Assembly (NCBI GenBank): GCA_038131735.1
Contig: JAYPPX010000001.1
Span: 1,274,920 to 1,338,919 of the forward strand
Length of the DNA stretch: 64,000 nt
Direction of reading: 5' to 3'
Source of the DNA: Hyphomicrobiales bacterium
GTDB taxonomy: Bacteria; Pseudomonadota; Alphaproteobacteria; Rhizobiales; TMED25
The notes beneath the pieces are model-generated. The model worked only from the letters and a program-made list of their open reading frames with translations, was not told the origin of the DNA and searched no databases. Each line of letters starts with the position of its first letter. The first letter of the stretch is position 1. Below, piece by piece: positions 41,383-51,736 of the stretch. The translations under genes and the position numbers were made by a program.

Positions 41383-41859
41383 ATGTCAAAAAAAATCAGA
41401 AAATTCTTAGTTGTCGTAGATGATACAACTGAATGTCATAGAGCCATCAGTTATGCTTCAAGAAGGGCAATACAAACTAATGGTAGGCTTACACTCTTAA
41501 GGATAATTAATACCTCAGATTTTAAAAATATCTACGGTGTTGAGGGTATTATGAAGCAAGAGGCTGAAGATAAGGCGAGAGAAGTATTGAGTGAATATTC
41601 TGAAAAAGTCAATCTGGAAACTGGACTTGTTTCGGAGTTAGTAATAAGGTTTGGATTACCATCAACTGAAATAATTAATTTTATTAATGAGGATGGTACA
41701 ATATCATTACTTGTTCTGGCTGCAGCAAGTGATAGCGGAAATCCGGGTCCATTGGTTAGTCAATTTGTTGGGTCAAAAGCTGGAAACTTTCCAATACCTA
41801 TCACCATCATTCCAGGACAACTAACAGAAAAAGATATTTTAGAACTAACAATAAATTAG
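41383..41859 (+). CDS. Universal stress protein family
   Basis: RKFLVVVDDT.EC..A, LLVLAA, PGPLV, PITIIPG. Confidence 0.9.
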   Translation: MSKKIRKFLVVVDDTTECHRAISYASRRAIQTNGRLTLLRIINTSDFKNIYGVEGIMKQEAEDKAREVLSEYSEKVNLETGLVSELVIRFGLPSTEIINFINEDGTISLLVLAAASDSGNPGPLVSQFVGSKAGNFPIPITIIPGQLTEKDILELTIN

Positions 41860-41885
41860 AGAAACCTTAACAGTGCTACAATATA

Positions 41886-41914
41886 CTTGAAAAATTTTGA
41901 ACGAATATCTAAAT
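41886..41914 (+). promoter_or_regulatory. Possible RpoH (sigma32)-type promoter upstream of the NifU-family gene
   Basis: CTTGAA-N16-TCTAAAT, resembling the alphaproteobacterial CTTGAA-N16-CCTATAT consensus. Confidence 0.35.
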
Positions 41915-41938
41915 TAGATGTAACAAGGAAATGTTAAT

Positions 41939-42490
41939 ATGTTTATAGAAACAGTATCTACACCAAATCCAAATACACTCAAATTTATTCCCGGATGTGA
42001 TGTTTTACCTGGGTCAACTAAGGAATATACCAACGCCATGCAAGCTCAAGAATCACCCCTTGCAGAAAAGATATTTGCTATTGATGGTATTTCGGGTGTT
42101 TTTTTTTCGGATGATTTTATTACTGTCACAAAAACTAAGTTTGAATGGCCTCAATTAAAGCCTATTATACTTGGTGAGATTATGGATCACTTCATATCAG
42201 GACAACCATTATTGATTGCAGATAATGTATCTAAAATGGAAGAATTTTTTGATCCAGCCGATAGTGAAACTGTTGATAAAATAAAAGAACTAATTGAGAC
42301 AAGAGTACGCCCAGCTGTTGCACATGACGGGGGTGATATAACATTCCAAGGCTTCAAAACAGGTGTCGTATACCTTAACCTGCAAGGTGCATGTTCTGGT
42401 TGCCCAAGCTCAACCATGACGCTGAAAAATGGAATAGAAAATCTTCTAAAACATTACGTCCCTGAAGTTATGGAAGTACAGGCTATATAA
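41939..42490 (+). CDS. NifU/NfuA family Fe-S carrier
   Basis: TPNPNTLKF, VRPAVAHDGGDI, GACSGCPSS. Confidence 0.95.
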   Translation: MFIETVSTPNPNTLKFIPGCDVLPGSTKEYTNAMQAQESPLAEKIFAIDGISGVFFSDDFITVTKTKFEWPQLKPIILGEIMDHFISGQPLLIADNVSKMEEFFDPADSETVDKIKELIETRVRPAVAHDGGDITFQGFKTGVVYLNLQGACSGCPSSTMTLKNGIENLLKHYVPEVMEVQAI

Positions 42491-42496
42491 ATCAGG

Positions 42497-43177
42497 ATGA
42501 CAAGCCTCTTTATTGATGTTGTTTCAAGCAACTTAATGGTTGCTTTGATAATTGATAAAGAATTGGTCCATTCCTCAAAAATAGAAACAAATGAATCAAA
42601 ATATGCAAGTGATTTGATTGTACCTAAAATTGAAAAATTATTATTGGATAATAATTTAGACTATACACAATTAGATTATGTTTTTTCTATTGTTGGACCA
42701 GGAAATTATACGAACATAAGAACGGGTATTGCTGTCGCTAAAGGGATCAGCATCTCACGAAATATACCCTCCTACGGATTAACACAACATGAATTAATTG
42801 CCAAAACATACAATAAAAATAAATTCTCTGATAATCATATAATGGTATTGGTACCATCAAATAATGATGATTTTTATTGTCAAAAATTTAGTATGTCTGG
42901 AAGCACACAAAAAAATCCTGATATCCTAAATTTCAATGAGGTACTTGATCAAATACAGCATAATAATCCAATTGTACTCGAAACAAGCAACGAACTTCTA
43001 AAACATACAATAAAAAAAAATATAATTTTAGAAAGATTAGAGTCTAACTACACTATTGATGAAAAAAATTTAACAGAAATACATAGCGTTATTAATACAC
43101 ACAAACCACTAGTTGAACCAATTTATTTAAGAGATCTAAATATAAAAAAATATAAAAAGAAAAAGATATATGAATGA
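42497..43177 (+). CDS. tsaB: tRNA threonylcarbamoyladenosine biosynthesis protein TsaB
   Basis: VGPGNYTNIRTG (diverged GPGSFTGxR), EPIYLR; synteny with rimI. Confidence 0.85.
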   Translation: MTSLFIDVVSSNLMVALIIDKELVHSSKIETNESKYASDLIVPKIEKLLLDNNLDYTQLDYVFSIVGPGNYTNIRTGIAVAKGISISRNIPSYGLTQHELIAKTYNKNKFSDNHIMVLVPSNNDDFYCQKFSMSGSTQKNPDILNFNEVLDQIQHNNPIVLETSNELLKHTIKKNIILERLESNYTIDEKNLTEIHSVINTHKPLVEPIYLRDLNIKKYKKKKIYE

Positions 43178-43628
43178 CTCTCTAACCAATTTCAGAGAAG
43201 CAAGCATAGAGGATATCCCCCAAATTATAGAAATAATGAATAGAGGATATCATCAAAATTGGGACTCAAACTACTATAAAAATTTAATCAGTGATGGTAA
43301 TTCTTTTGCATATGTCCTCTCTTTAAATGAAGAGATCGTTGGTTTCATAACTGGAAAAAAATCTAGAGACATTTGTGATATTTATATGATCATTGTTGAT
43401 ATAAAATATAGGAGACAGGGATTTGCCAATTTACTTCTGTCAAAAACAATTACTGCGTTATCAGATCTCAAAATCACAGAGTTCTTTTTAGAAGTTGCTG
43501 AAACTAATAATCAAGCTATAAACTTGTATCAAAAAAATGGTTTCATTGCTGTTAATAGAAGAATTGGATACTACAAAATATCAAATGAGAATATAGACGC
43601 TATAGTATATAGATTAGTAAATAAATAA
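43170..43628 (+). CDS. rimI: Ribosomal protein S18 alanine N-acetyltransferase
   Basis: YRRQGFA, FLEVAETN, AINLYQKNGF, RIGYY. Confidence 0.88.
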   Translation: MNDSLTNFREASIEDIPQIIEIMNRGYHQNWDSNYYKNLISDGNSFAYVLSLNEEIVGFITGKKSRDICDIYMIIVDIKYRRQGFANLLLSKTITALSDLKITEFFLEVAETNNQAINLYQKNGFIAVNRRIGYYKISNENIDAIVYRLVNK

Positions 43629-43674
43629 GTTTGGTGTTATAATAAATATCACGTTAACGACAAACTCTGCAGAT

Positions 43675-44097
43675 ATGAATAACAATATCGAAAAAAAATG
43701 CATCCAATTTGGATTGCGTATGACAGAGCAAAGAAAGATAATTGCTCGTGTACTATCTGCATCAGATGATCATCCAGATGCCGAAGAGTTGTATAGAAGA
43801 ACAAATAAAATTAACCAAAAAATTTCACTTGCAACAGTATATCGAACTCTCAAATTATTTAATGATAATGGAATACTTGAAAAACATGAGTTTAAAGACG
43901 GTAAATCAAGATATGAGACTATACCTACTAATCATCATGATCACTTAATTGATATTGAAACTGGTAACGTAATAGAATTTCATGATGAAGAAATTGAGAA
44001 GCTCCAAGAGCGTATAGCTGATAATTTAGGCTACAATATTGTCAACCACCGGCTTGAAATTTATGCGGTAAAAAAATCTGATGATAAAAATAGCTAA
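43675..44097 (+). CDS. fur: Fur/Mur family transcriptional regulator
   Basis: GLRMTEQR, DHPDAEEL, SLATVYRT, HHDHLID. Confidence 0.9.
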   Translation: MNNNIEKKCIQFGLRMTEQRKIIARVLSASDDHPDAEELYRRTNKINQKISLATVYRTLKLFNDNGILEKHEFKDGKSRYETIPTNHHDHLIDIETGNVIEFHDEEIEKLQERIADNLGYNIVNHRLEIYAVKKSDDKNS

Positions 44098-44099
44098 GA

Positions 44100-44873
44100 A
44101 TGAAACTAATCAAATCTCTACTAATAATAATTTTTTTAATTCTCCTAACGATAATTTTACTTCCCATACAATCTATCATTAGATTATTTAATTTTTCTGC
44201 TTCATATACAATACCAATGTTTTATCATCGGATTATATTAAAACTTCTCAGCATAAAAATAAAAATAGTTGGAACACCATCTGCTGATGCATCACTTATC
44301 GTATCCAATCATGCTTCCTGGATAGACATATTTATTATAAGCTCAATAATTCACACATCATTTGTTGCAAAGAATGATGTTTCAACATGGCCATTCGTAA
44401 GTTATTTAGCAAAACTTCAAAAAACGATTTTTATTGATAGAAATAGTCCCAAAAAATTAACAGAAACATCCGATATTATAAAAAATAGATTATTAAATCA
44501 TGAAAATGTAACTATTTTCCCTGAGGGAACTTCTACAGATGGGAATAAGATACTTCCATTTAAATCATCAATATTCATAATTTGTGAGAAAATCAGAGGA
44601 TCAGAAATAAAAATACAACCAATCTCAATTGCATATAAAAAATATAATGGACTTGCAATGGGAAGGACTCAACGTCAATTAATTGCATGGTATGGAGACA
44701 TGAATTTGTTATCACACTTGTATGGTATAATTAAGGCTGGTGTTTTTGATATTGAGGTAACTTTTCATAATAAAATTGACATCTCAGAAAATAAAACTAG
44801 AAAAGATATTGCAAAAGAATGTGAAAGCCTTGTTCGTCAAGGATTTCAAAAATCATTGAATAGAGGCGTCTAA
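44100..44873 (+). CDS. Lyso-lipid acyltransferase (PlsC family, OlsA-like)
   Basis: NHASWID (HxxxxD), FVAK, FPEGTST, AWYGDM; lies between fur and miaB. Confidence 0.88.
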   Translation: MKLIKSLLIIIFLILLTIILLPIQSIIRLFNFSASYTIPMFYHRIILKLLSIKIKIVGTPSADASLIVSNHASWIDIFIISSIIHTSFVAKNDVSTWPFVSYLAKLQKTIFIDRNSPKKLTETSDIIKNRLLNHENVTIFPEGTSTDGNKILPFKSSIFIICEKIRGSEIKIQPISIAYKKYNGLAMGRTQRQLIAWYGDMNLLSHLYGIIKAGVFDIEVTFHNKIDISENKTRKDIAKECESLVRQGFQKSLNRGV

Positions 44874-44881
44874 AAAAGTAA

Positions 44882-46204
44882 ATGAAGAAAGTATTTGTAA
44901 AAACTTATGGCTGTCAAATGAATGTATATGACTCAGAGCGAATAATGGAGTCATTATCTGAGAATGGTTATAAACAAACTAATAATTTAAATGAAAGTGA
45001 TTTAATTGTTTTTAACACTTGTCATATCAGAGAAAAAGCTGCAGAGAAATTATATTCTGATATTGGCAGATTAAAAAAAATAAGAAAAGAAAAAAAAATT
45101 ATTGTAGCAGGCTGTGTTGCACAAGCTGAAGATAAAGAAATTATTCAAAGAATGCCTGAAGTTGATCTAGTTATTGGTCCGCAAACATATCATAAGATTC
45201 CTGAACTTGTCTCAAAATTAAATAAGAAGAAAAAGTATGTAGAAACAGATTTTCCAATCGAAAATAAATTTAATCTTTTAAGTGAGAGAGTTCGATCTGA
45301 TAAAAAACCAACGGCATTTTTAACTATTCAAGAAGGGTGCGATAAATTTTGTACCTTTTGTGTTGTTCCATATACACGTGGGGCTGAGTATTCCAGGACT
45401 ACAAAAGAACTAATTGAAGAAACAAAACAACTAATAAGCCAAGGAGTTTCCGAAATCACCTTACTGGGTCAAAATGTAAATGCATATCATGGTGAAGGTT
45501 TGAACGGAGGAATTTCAAATCTGGCTAATCTGATATATGAATTATCTAAGCTGGATGGTCTGGAAAGGATCAGATACACAACAAATCATCCTGTAGATGT
45601 AAACCAAGAATTAATTGATGCGCATAAAGATATAACAAAACTTATGCCTTATATTCATTTACCGGTTCAATCAGGCTCTAATAGAATATTAAAACTAATG
45701 AATAGAAAACACACCTGTGAGGAATATATAGAAATAATTGAAAATATCCGAAACGCTAGAAATGATATAGCATTATCAAGTGATTTCATTACAGGATTTC
45801 CAGGTGAAACCGATAAAGACTTTGAATCAACAATCGAGTTAGTTAAAAAAATTAAGTACGCACAAGCATATTCATTCAATTATTCACCAAGGCCAGGTAC
45901 ACCCTCTGCTGATTATGAAAGACAAATACCACAGAATATAAAATCTGAGAGATTAAAACTACTACAGGATATACTTAAGCAGCAACAACTAGAATTTAAC
46001 AATCAAAGTAAAGGAAAAATTGTAAGAATTCTTGTTGAGAGGAAGGGAAAAGAAATCAATCAACTAGTTGGTAAAACACCACATATGCAATCGGTCTTTT
46101 TTAATAATATTAAAAATAAAAGCAAAATTGGTGATTTCATAGATGTCAGAATAGATTCTATAAAAGTTAATAACTTAAGCGGTGAATTGGTTGAGTATAG
46201 TTGA
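44882..46204 (+). CDS. miaB: tRNA-2-methylthio-N6-dimethylallyladenosine synthase
   Basis: TYGCQMNVYDS, NTCHIREKA, GCDKFCTFC, YSPRPGTP. Confidence 0.97.
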   Translation: MKKVFVKTYGCQMNVYDSERIMESLSENGYKQTNNLNESDLIVFNTCHIREKAAEKLYSDIGRLKKIRKEKKIIVAGCVAQAEDKEIIQRMPEVDLVIGPQTYHKIPELVSKLNKKKKYVETDFPIENKFNLLSERVRSDKKPTAFLTIQEGCDKFCTFCVVPYTRGAEYSRTTKELIEETKQLISQGVSEITLLGQNVNAYHGEGLNGGISNLANLIYELSKLDGLERIRYTTNHPVDVNQELIDAHKDITKLMPYIHLPVQSGSNRILKLMNRKHTCEEYIEIIENIRNARNDIALSSDFITGFPGETDKDFESTIELVKKIKYAQAYSFNYSPRPGTPSADYERQIPQNIKSERLKLLQDILKQQQLEFNNQSKGKIVRILVERKGKEINQLVGKTPHMQSVFFNNIKNKSKIGDFIDVRIDSIKVNNLSGELVEYS

Positions 46205-47180
46205 TAAGCAAGACACCATATCTGTGATATTTATATCTGAGTCCTGTATCAGTATAACTATCAATGACTCAAAAAAACTTTTGAATGTTTTTGGTAAAAA
46301 TGATGAGAACTTGAGGTTAATTGAAAGTAAGATCCCTGTTGAAATTATTCCTCATGGAAACACAATCCAAATTAATGGAGAAAACCAATCAATAAAAACA
46401 GCAAAAGATGTTATTCTAGACATCATAAATAGAGATGATATGGGAATAAACAATAGTGCAGATGAAGTGATGGGGTCCATCAGAGTTAAAAATAGTCAAA
46501 CCAGTTTAATCAATATGGAAAATAATATTATCAAAACTAAGATCAAAACAATAATACCAAGATCTCAAAATCAAAATATTTATATAGACTCAATTTTTAA
46601 TAATCCACTCACATTTGGAGTCGGTCCTGCGGGGACTGGAAAAACATATATTGCTGTTGCAGCCGCAGCTTATTTTTTAGAAAATAAATTAATCGACCGC
46701 ATAGTTTTATCTCGCCCAGCTGTTGAAGCTGGAGAGAAGCTTGGTTTTCTTCCTGGCGACCTTAAAGAGAAAATTGACCCATATCTAAGACCTCTATATG
46801 ATGCATTATATGATTGTTTGCCAGCAAATAAAGTTCAAAAAGGACTAGAAAGTAACACGATTGAAATAGCTCCTCTCGCATTTATGAGGGGGAGAACCCT
46901 TGAAAATGCATTTGTCATTCTTGATGAAGCACAAAATTGTAATACAGTTCAAATGAAGATGTTTTTAACCCGACTTGGTATTAATAGTAAGATGGTTATC
47001 ACAGGAGATCCAAGTCAAATTGATTTACCAAACAATATCCAATCCGGTTTGCTTGATGCACTTGCTGTTACAAAAAAGATTAAGGAAATTGAACAGGTGT
47101 ATTTTAACTCGACTGATGTTGTAAGGCATACATTAGTGGCCAAGATCATAAATGCATACAACGATGCCCCTAAAAAATGA
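46182..47180 (+). CDS. PhoH family ATPase (YbeZ)
   Basis: GPAGTGKT, RPAVEAGE, FMRGRTL, DEAQN; true start may be downstream (e.g. GTG 46224). Confidence 0.95.
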   Translation: MNWLSIVDKQDTISVIFISESCISITINDSKKLLNVFGKNDENLRLIESKIPVEIIPHGNTIQINGENQSIKTAKDVILDIINRDDMGINNSADEVMGSIRVKNSQTSLINMENNIIKTKIKTIIPRSQNQNIYIDSIFNNPLTFGVGPAGTGKTYIAVAAAAYFLENKLIDRIVLSRPAVEAGEKLGFLPGDLKEKIDPYLRPLYDALYDCLPANKVQKGLESNTIEIAPLAFMRGRTLENAFVILDEAQNCNTVQMKMFLTRLGINSKMVITGDPSQIDLPNNIQSGLLDALAVTKKIKEIEQVYFNSTDVVRHTLVAKIINAYNDAPKK

Positions 47181-47628
47181 ACTAAGTGCTGATATACTAA
47201 TTAACTTCAGTAGTTGGGAAAAGCACCCCGGATTAAAAGAATTAATTAAAATAGCTATAAAGCAGACTGTATCTAATGTTGATATTAAAGGCTATAATGA
47301 AATTAGTATATTACTTACCTCGGATACTCAGATAGAGCAGCTTAATCGTCAATATAGATCAATTAATCAGCCTACAAATGTTTTGTCATTCCCATCTGAA
47401 AAACCACATTTAGGTGATATTATTTTATCTTATGAGTACATCCAAAAAGAATTGATAAATTTGAATAAAAAATTTGAAGAGCACATCTCACATCTTATCA
47501 TACACGGCACACTACATTTGTATGGGTTTGATCATGAAAATGATAAAAATGCGGTTACAATGGAGAATATGGAACGACATATCATGAGTGAATTAGGTTA
47601 TAATGACCCATATGAAATCATACAATAA
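47152..47628 (+). CDS. ybeY: rRNA maturation endoribonuclease YbeY
   Basis: PTNVLSFP, LGDI, HGTLHLYGFDH; start may be 47164. Confidence 0.95.
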   Translation: MHTTMPLKNELSADILINFSSWEKHPGLKELIKIAIKQTVSNVDIKGYNEISILLTSDTQIEQLNRQYRSINQPTNVLSFPSEKPHLGDIILSYEYIQKELINLNKKFEEHISHLIIHGTLHLYGFDHENDKNAVTMENMERHIMSELGYNDPYEIIQ

Positions 47629-47651
47629 AATGTGAACTCTTAATCTTTAAG

Positions 47652-49229
47652 ATGCAAATAATTCAAAATAATATTTCTTGCCTTTCATTTAAAAAACGAT
47701 GCATATTGAATTTATTTTTGGGAATCTTGTCTGCGTTATCTTTTGCACCACTAAATTTTATTTTTATCTTATTCATTACAATTCCCTTTTATATACTTAA
47801 CTTTGATTTTTTCTATTCAGGAAAATCACTTTACTCTCAAAAAAAATTCCTCACACATTCATTTCTTTTGGGTTTATCATTTGGTTATGGTTTGTTTTTG
47901 ACTAGTCTTTACTGGATCAATATTTCATTATTTTATGATATTGAAAAATATATCTTATTCCTTATACCTGGAATATTCCTTATTCCTCTTGTTCTTGGAA
48001 TATTTTATGGGATTATGACTGTAATTTTTTCACTTTATTACCCTCAAAATATAACGAGGATTTTTTGGATAGCAATTATTTGGGCTCTTATTGAGTACGC
48101 TAGAATAAAAATTACTCTTTTCCCATGGGCACAAATAGGTCACTCTGTTATAGAGATCGACCACATTCTCCAAATTACATCTGTTTTTGGAGAAATTTCA
48201 TTAAACGCAATCTGTGTAATTATTTTTGCTTTTCCAATCATATATTACTATGAAAGTAATAAAAATTTTAAATACAAATCCCTCCTGATTTTTTTAACTT
48301 TGCTTTTTATAATTTTTGTTTATGGAGAAAAAAGACTAACTTTGGATCGAGATAGTAGAGAAAATACCGAAATTATTCTTATTCAACCAAATATAGCTCA
48401 AAAAGAAAAATGGGATCCTGAATTATTTCAATTTAATAAAAATAAACTTATTAACCCAACAGTAAATTTATCAAATCAACCAAGAAAAGATACAACGTCA
48501 AATAGATATTTTATATGGCCAGAAACTGCTATTGCGGCTCTAATTGATGAGAATCCAGATATAACTTATGAGGTCACAAAAAACTTTTCTGAAAATGATT
48601 ATTTAATGCTTGGCTCACTCAGAAGAGAGGGTAATAATTTTTTTAATAGTTTTTTTATTATTGATCACAACAATATTATAATTGGCAAATATGATAAGAA
48701 TATCCTTGTACCTTTTGGAGAGTATATTCCCCTTGATAATTTATTTAGAAAATTAAGTTTTCTTAATATCAGTTCATTAGCAGGAAATTTTACAGCAGGA
48801 TCAAAGAGTGTAGAAATATTCAACACACTAAAAAATAATCCTATGGTTTATATATGTTATGAAATTGTTTTTTCTAATAAAATTAGGGATATAGATGAAG
48901 AAGCAAGTTTCTTATTAAATATAACTAATGATGCATGGTTTGGGAATAGTTCAGGACCATATCAACATTTTAACATGTCAAAAATTAGACCTGTTGAGTT
49001 GGGCCTGCCACTTGTAAGAGTGGCAAATAATGGTATTAGTGGAATAATTAATCCTTTTGGCCAAGAAATTCTAAAATCTAAATTAAATACAGAACTCCAT
49101 GAAAGAATATTGCTACCATCGAAGATTAAACAAACTTTTTATTCAAAATATGGTAATATCCCATTTTTTTGTCTTTTGTTATTTACCTTTATGATTATAT
49201 ATTATTTCAACAATCGAATAAATAAATAG
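47652..49229 (+). CDS. lnt: Apolipoprotein N-acyltransferase
   Basis: WPETA, YDKNILVPFGEY, ICYE, TNDAWFG, ANNGIS. Confidence 0.95.
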   Translation: MQIIQNNISCLSFKKRCILNLFLGILSALSFAPLNFIFILFITIPFYILNFDFFYSGKSLYSQKKFLTHSFLLGLSFGYGLFLTSLYWINISLFYDIEKYILFLIPGIFLIPLVLGIFYGIMTVIFSLYYPQNITRIFWIAIIWALIEYARIKITLFPWAQIGHSVIEIDHILQITSVFGEISLNAICVIIFAFPIIYYYESNKNFKYKSLLIFLTLLFIIFVYGEKRLTLDRDSRENTEIILIQPNIAQKEKWDPELFQFNKNKLINPTVNLSNQPRKDTTSNRYFIWPETAIAALIDENPDITYEVTKNFSENDYLMLGSLRREGNNFFNSFFIIDHNNIIIGKYDKNILVPFGEYIPLDNLFRKLSFLNISSLAGNFTAGSKSVEIFNTLKNNPMVYICYEIVFSNKIRDIDEEASFLLNITNDAWFGNSSGPYQHFNMSKIRPVELGLPLVRVANNGISGIINPFGQEILKSKLNTELHERILLPSKIKQTFYSKYGNIPFFCLLLFTFMIIYYFNNRINK

Positions 49230-49246
49230 AATAAATATAGAACTAA

Positions 49247-50416
49247 ATGTCAAATAATTCCTATATATTTACAAGTGAGTCCGTGGCTGAAGGACATCCA
49301 GATAAAATAGCAGATCAAATATCTGATAGGATACTCGATGCACTAATAAATGTAGATAAAAATGTTAGATCAGGTATTGAAACGATGGTCACATCAAATC
49401 TAGTAATACTATCAGGTGAAACCAGTATTACAGATTTTAATTCTCAAATAGATGTTGACAAAATAGTTAGGAAATGTGTCAGGGATATTGGCTATGAGCA
49501 AAAAAATTTTCACTGGGAAAATTTGGAAATAATTAATAAAATCCACGGACAATCTCCTGATATTGCACAAGGAGTTGATGAGACTGACAATAAGGATCTT
49601 GGTGCAGGTGACCAAGGCATTATGTTTGGTTATGCAACTGATGAAACTGAAAATTATATGCCTGCAACACTTCACTATTCTAACCAGATATTACTAAATT
49701 TATCTGCACAAAGAAAATTACAATACCAAGAATTACTTGGTCCTGATGCTAAAAGTCAAGTTACGCTAGAATATAAAAATGGATATCCTATCGGAGCTAA
49801 AAAAATATTAGTATCAAATCAACATAGTGAGGATGCTAATCCTTCAAAAGTGAGGGATATAATCAAAGAAATTGTTTCGTCTACAATGCCCGAAGGATGG
49901 ATGTGCAAAGATGAAGATTTTTTAGTCAATCCAACTGGTAAATTTGTTGTAGGTGGTCCAGATGGAGATGCAGGACTAACGGGTCGTAAAATTATTGTAG
50001 ATACATACGGAGGTGCTGCTCCACATGGAGGTGGAGCCTTTTCGGGCAAGGACCCAACTAAAGTTGATAGATCTGCCGCATATATGGCAAGATATATTGC
50101 CAAAAATATAGTTCATGCAAAACTTGCAAAAAAATGTCTTATACAGATTTCCTATGCGATTGGGGTTTCATATCCACTCTCATTCTATATTAAGCTAGAT
50201 GAAGATTCTAAAATTGATCAGAATAAACTAGCCGCTTTTATTTTAGAGATTTTAGATCTATCACCAAAAGGAATATTAAATCACCTTGATCTTCTCAAAC
50301 CAATTTATACCAAAACAAGTTGTTATGGACATTTTGGTAGATTACCAGAAATCGATGGTTCATTTTCATGGGAAAAACTTGATCTCGCAGATAAATTGTT
50401 ATCAGAATTTTCATAG
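49247..50416 (+). CDS. metK: S-adenosylmethionine synthase
   Basis: FTSESVAEGHPDK, GAGDQG, GLTGRKIIVDTYGG, GGGAFSGKD. Confidence 0.98.
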   Translation: MSNNSYIFTSESVAEGHPDKIADQISDRILDALINVDKNVRSGIETMVTSNLVILSGETSITDFNSQIDVDKIVRKCVRDIGYEQKNFHWENLEIINKIHGQSPDIAQGVDETDNKDLGAGDQGIMFGYATDETENYMPATLHYSNQILLNLSAQRKLQYQELLGPDAKSQVTLEYKNGYPIGAKKILVSNQHSEDANPSKVRDIIKEIVSSTMPEGWMCKDEDFLVNPTGKFVVGGPDGDAGLTGRKIIVDTYGGAAPHGGGAFSGKDPTKVDRSAAYMARYIAKNIVHAKLAKKCLIQISYAIGVSYPLSFYIKLDEDSKIDQNKLAAFILEILDLSPKGILNHLDLLKPIYTKTSCYGHFGRLPEIDGSFSWEKLDLADKLLSEFS

Positions 50417-50419
50417 ATC

Positions 50420-51094
50420 ATGAATCGAAATATTATTCGAACTGAAAAACTCCATGGCAGAAAAAAAAGCCGTTCTTCTGGTAAAAAAAACCAGCAAATT
50501 TTTGAAGAAATATTCCCCAAATATAAGCTTAATATTAATTCTTTAAACCTCAATCAATGTAATGATATTGAATTAGAAGTTGGCTTCGGATATGGAGAGC
50601 ACTTAATCTGGCAAGCATTAAACCATCCAAATAAATTATTCCTTGGTGCTGAACCTTTCAGAAGTGGTGTAATAAATATTATAAGTGAGATAGAGAAGCA
50701 GAAAGTAAACAACATAAAAATATACGATGACAATGTTATTGATATAATTGATAACTTACCAAAAGAGTCATTATCAGCGATATTCATACTCTTTCCAGAT
50801 CCTTGGCCCAAAAAAAAACATCACAAAAGAAGATTTATTAATCAAAATAACCTTAAAAAGATTAATAGTGTCCTTAAGAAGGGAGGTAGGCTTGTATTAG
50901 CAACAGATCACAAGGATTATCTCCATTCAATTTTGCTTAATATAAGTAAAAACAATCAATTTGAATGGTTATGTGAGAAATCAGAAGACTTTTATTTAAA
51001 ACCATATGAATTTCCTGAAACGAAGTACGAAAGGAAGGCAATCAAAGATGGACGAAGACCCGTATATTTAACTTTCGAAAAAATTAACTTGTAA
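50420..51094 (+). CDS. trmB: tRNA (guanine-N7)-methyltransferase
   Basis: LEVGFGYGE, FPDPWPKKKHHKRR, ATD, TKYE. Confidence 0.96.
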   Translation: MNRNIIRTEKLHGRKKSRSSGKKNQQIFEEIFPKYKLNINSLNLNQCNDIELEVGFGYGEHLIWQALNHPNKLFLGAEPFRSGVINIISEIEKQKVNNIKIYDDNVIDIIDNLPKESLSAIFILFPDPWPKKKHHKRRFINQNNLKKINSVLKKGGRLVLATDHKDYLHSILLNISKNNQFEWLCEKSEDFYLKPYEFPETKYERKAIKDGRRPVYLTFEKINL

Positions 51095-51146
51095 AATAAT
51101 AAATTAACAGTATATATTTAAGATATTCCTGAAATTCAAAACAACT

Positions 51147-51172
51147 AGGCTTTCGAGAAAGCCTTTTTTTTT
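51147..51172 (+). terminator. Intrinsic terminator after trmB / in rimP leader
   Basis: AGGCTTT-cgag-AAAGCCT followed by a run of T. Confidence 0.75.
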
Positions 51173-51178
51173 GCATTT

Positions 51179-51724
51179 TTGAATGTATATACAGTTAATT
51201 TGATAATGAAAAACTACAGAATACATAATGAGACAATAGAAGAGTCTAAAATCTCTACATTAATTGAACCAATCTTAGAAGATAGTGGTTTTCTTTTAGT
51301 GCAGTTAAAAAAAAATGATTATGAACAGGCATTACAAATTTTTATTGAAAAAGTTAATGGACAACTCACTATAAGTGATTGTTCAAAAACAACAAAAGAG
51401 ATACTTCAAATTCTTGAAAATGATAGGTTGATGCCTGAGAACTACCGTGTAGAAGTATCTTCACCAGGTATAGATAGAGTTTTGGTTAGAGCAAAAGATT
51501 TTGAAGATAATATTGGAAATGAAATAAAAATAGAATTAAAAGAAAAAACAGCTAACAGAAAAAATATTAAAGGAGAAATTAGCAGTTTTTTAGGAGATTC
51601 GCTAACTCTAAAATTAAAAAAGAATGAAAAAAATTTCAATGATGAAATTACTATCTCCCTAATGAATATATCTAAAGCAAAACTTGTCTTTAGTGAGAAA
51701 CTACTTAAAAAAAATGACTTATAA
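51179..51724 (+). CDS. rimP: Ribosome maturation factor RimP
   Basis: LQIFIE, ISDC, YRVEVSSPGIDR; upstream of nusA; start may be 51206. Confidence 0.93.
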   Translation: MNVYTVNLIMKNYRIHNETIEESKISTLIEPILEDSGFLLVQLKKNDYEQALQIFIEKVNGQLTISDCSKTTKEILQILENDRLMPENYRVEVSSPGIDRVLVRAKDFEDNIGNEIKIELKEKTANRKNIKGEISSFLGDSLTLKLKKNEKNFNDEITISLMNISKAKLVFSEKLLKKNDL

Positions 51725-51736
51725 TGGAGAATTAAA

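Noticed and set aside
49230..49246. SAM riboswitch before metK
   Set aside because: The intergenic gap is only 17 nt and no SAM-II/SAM-V motif was recognised
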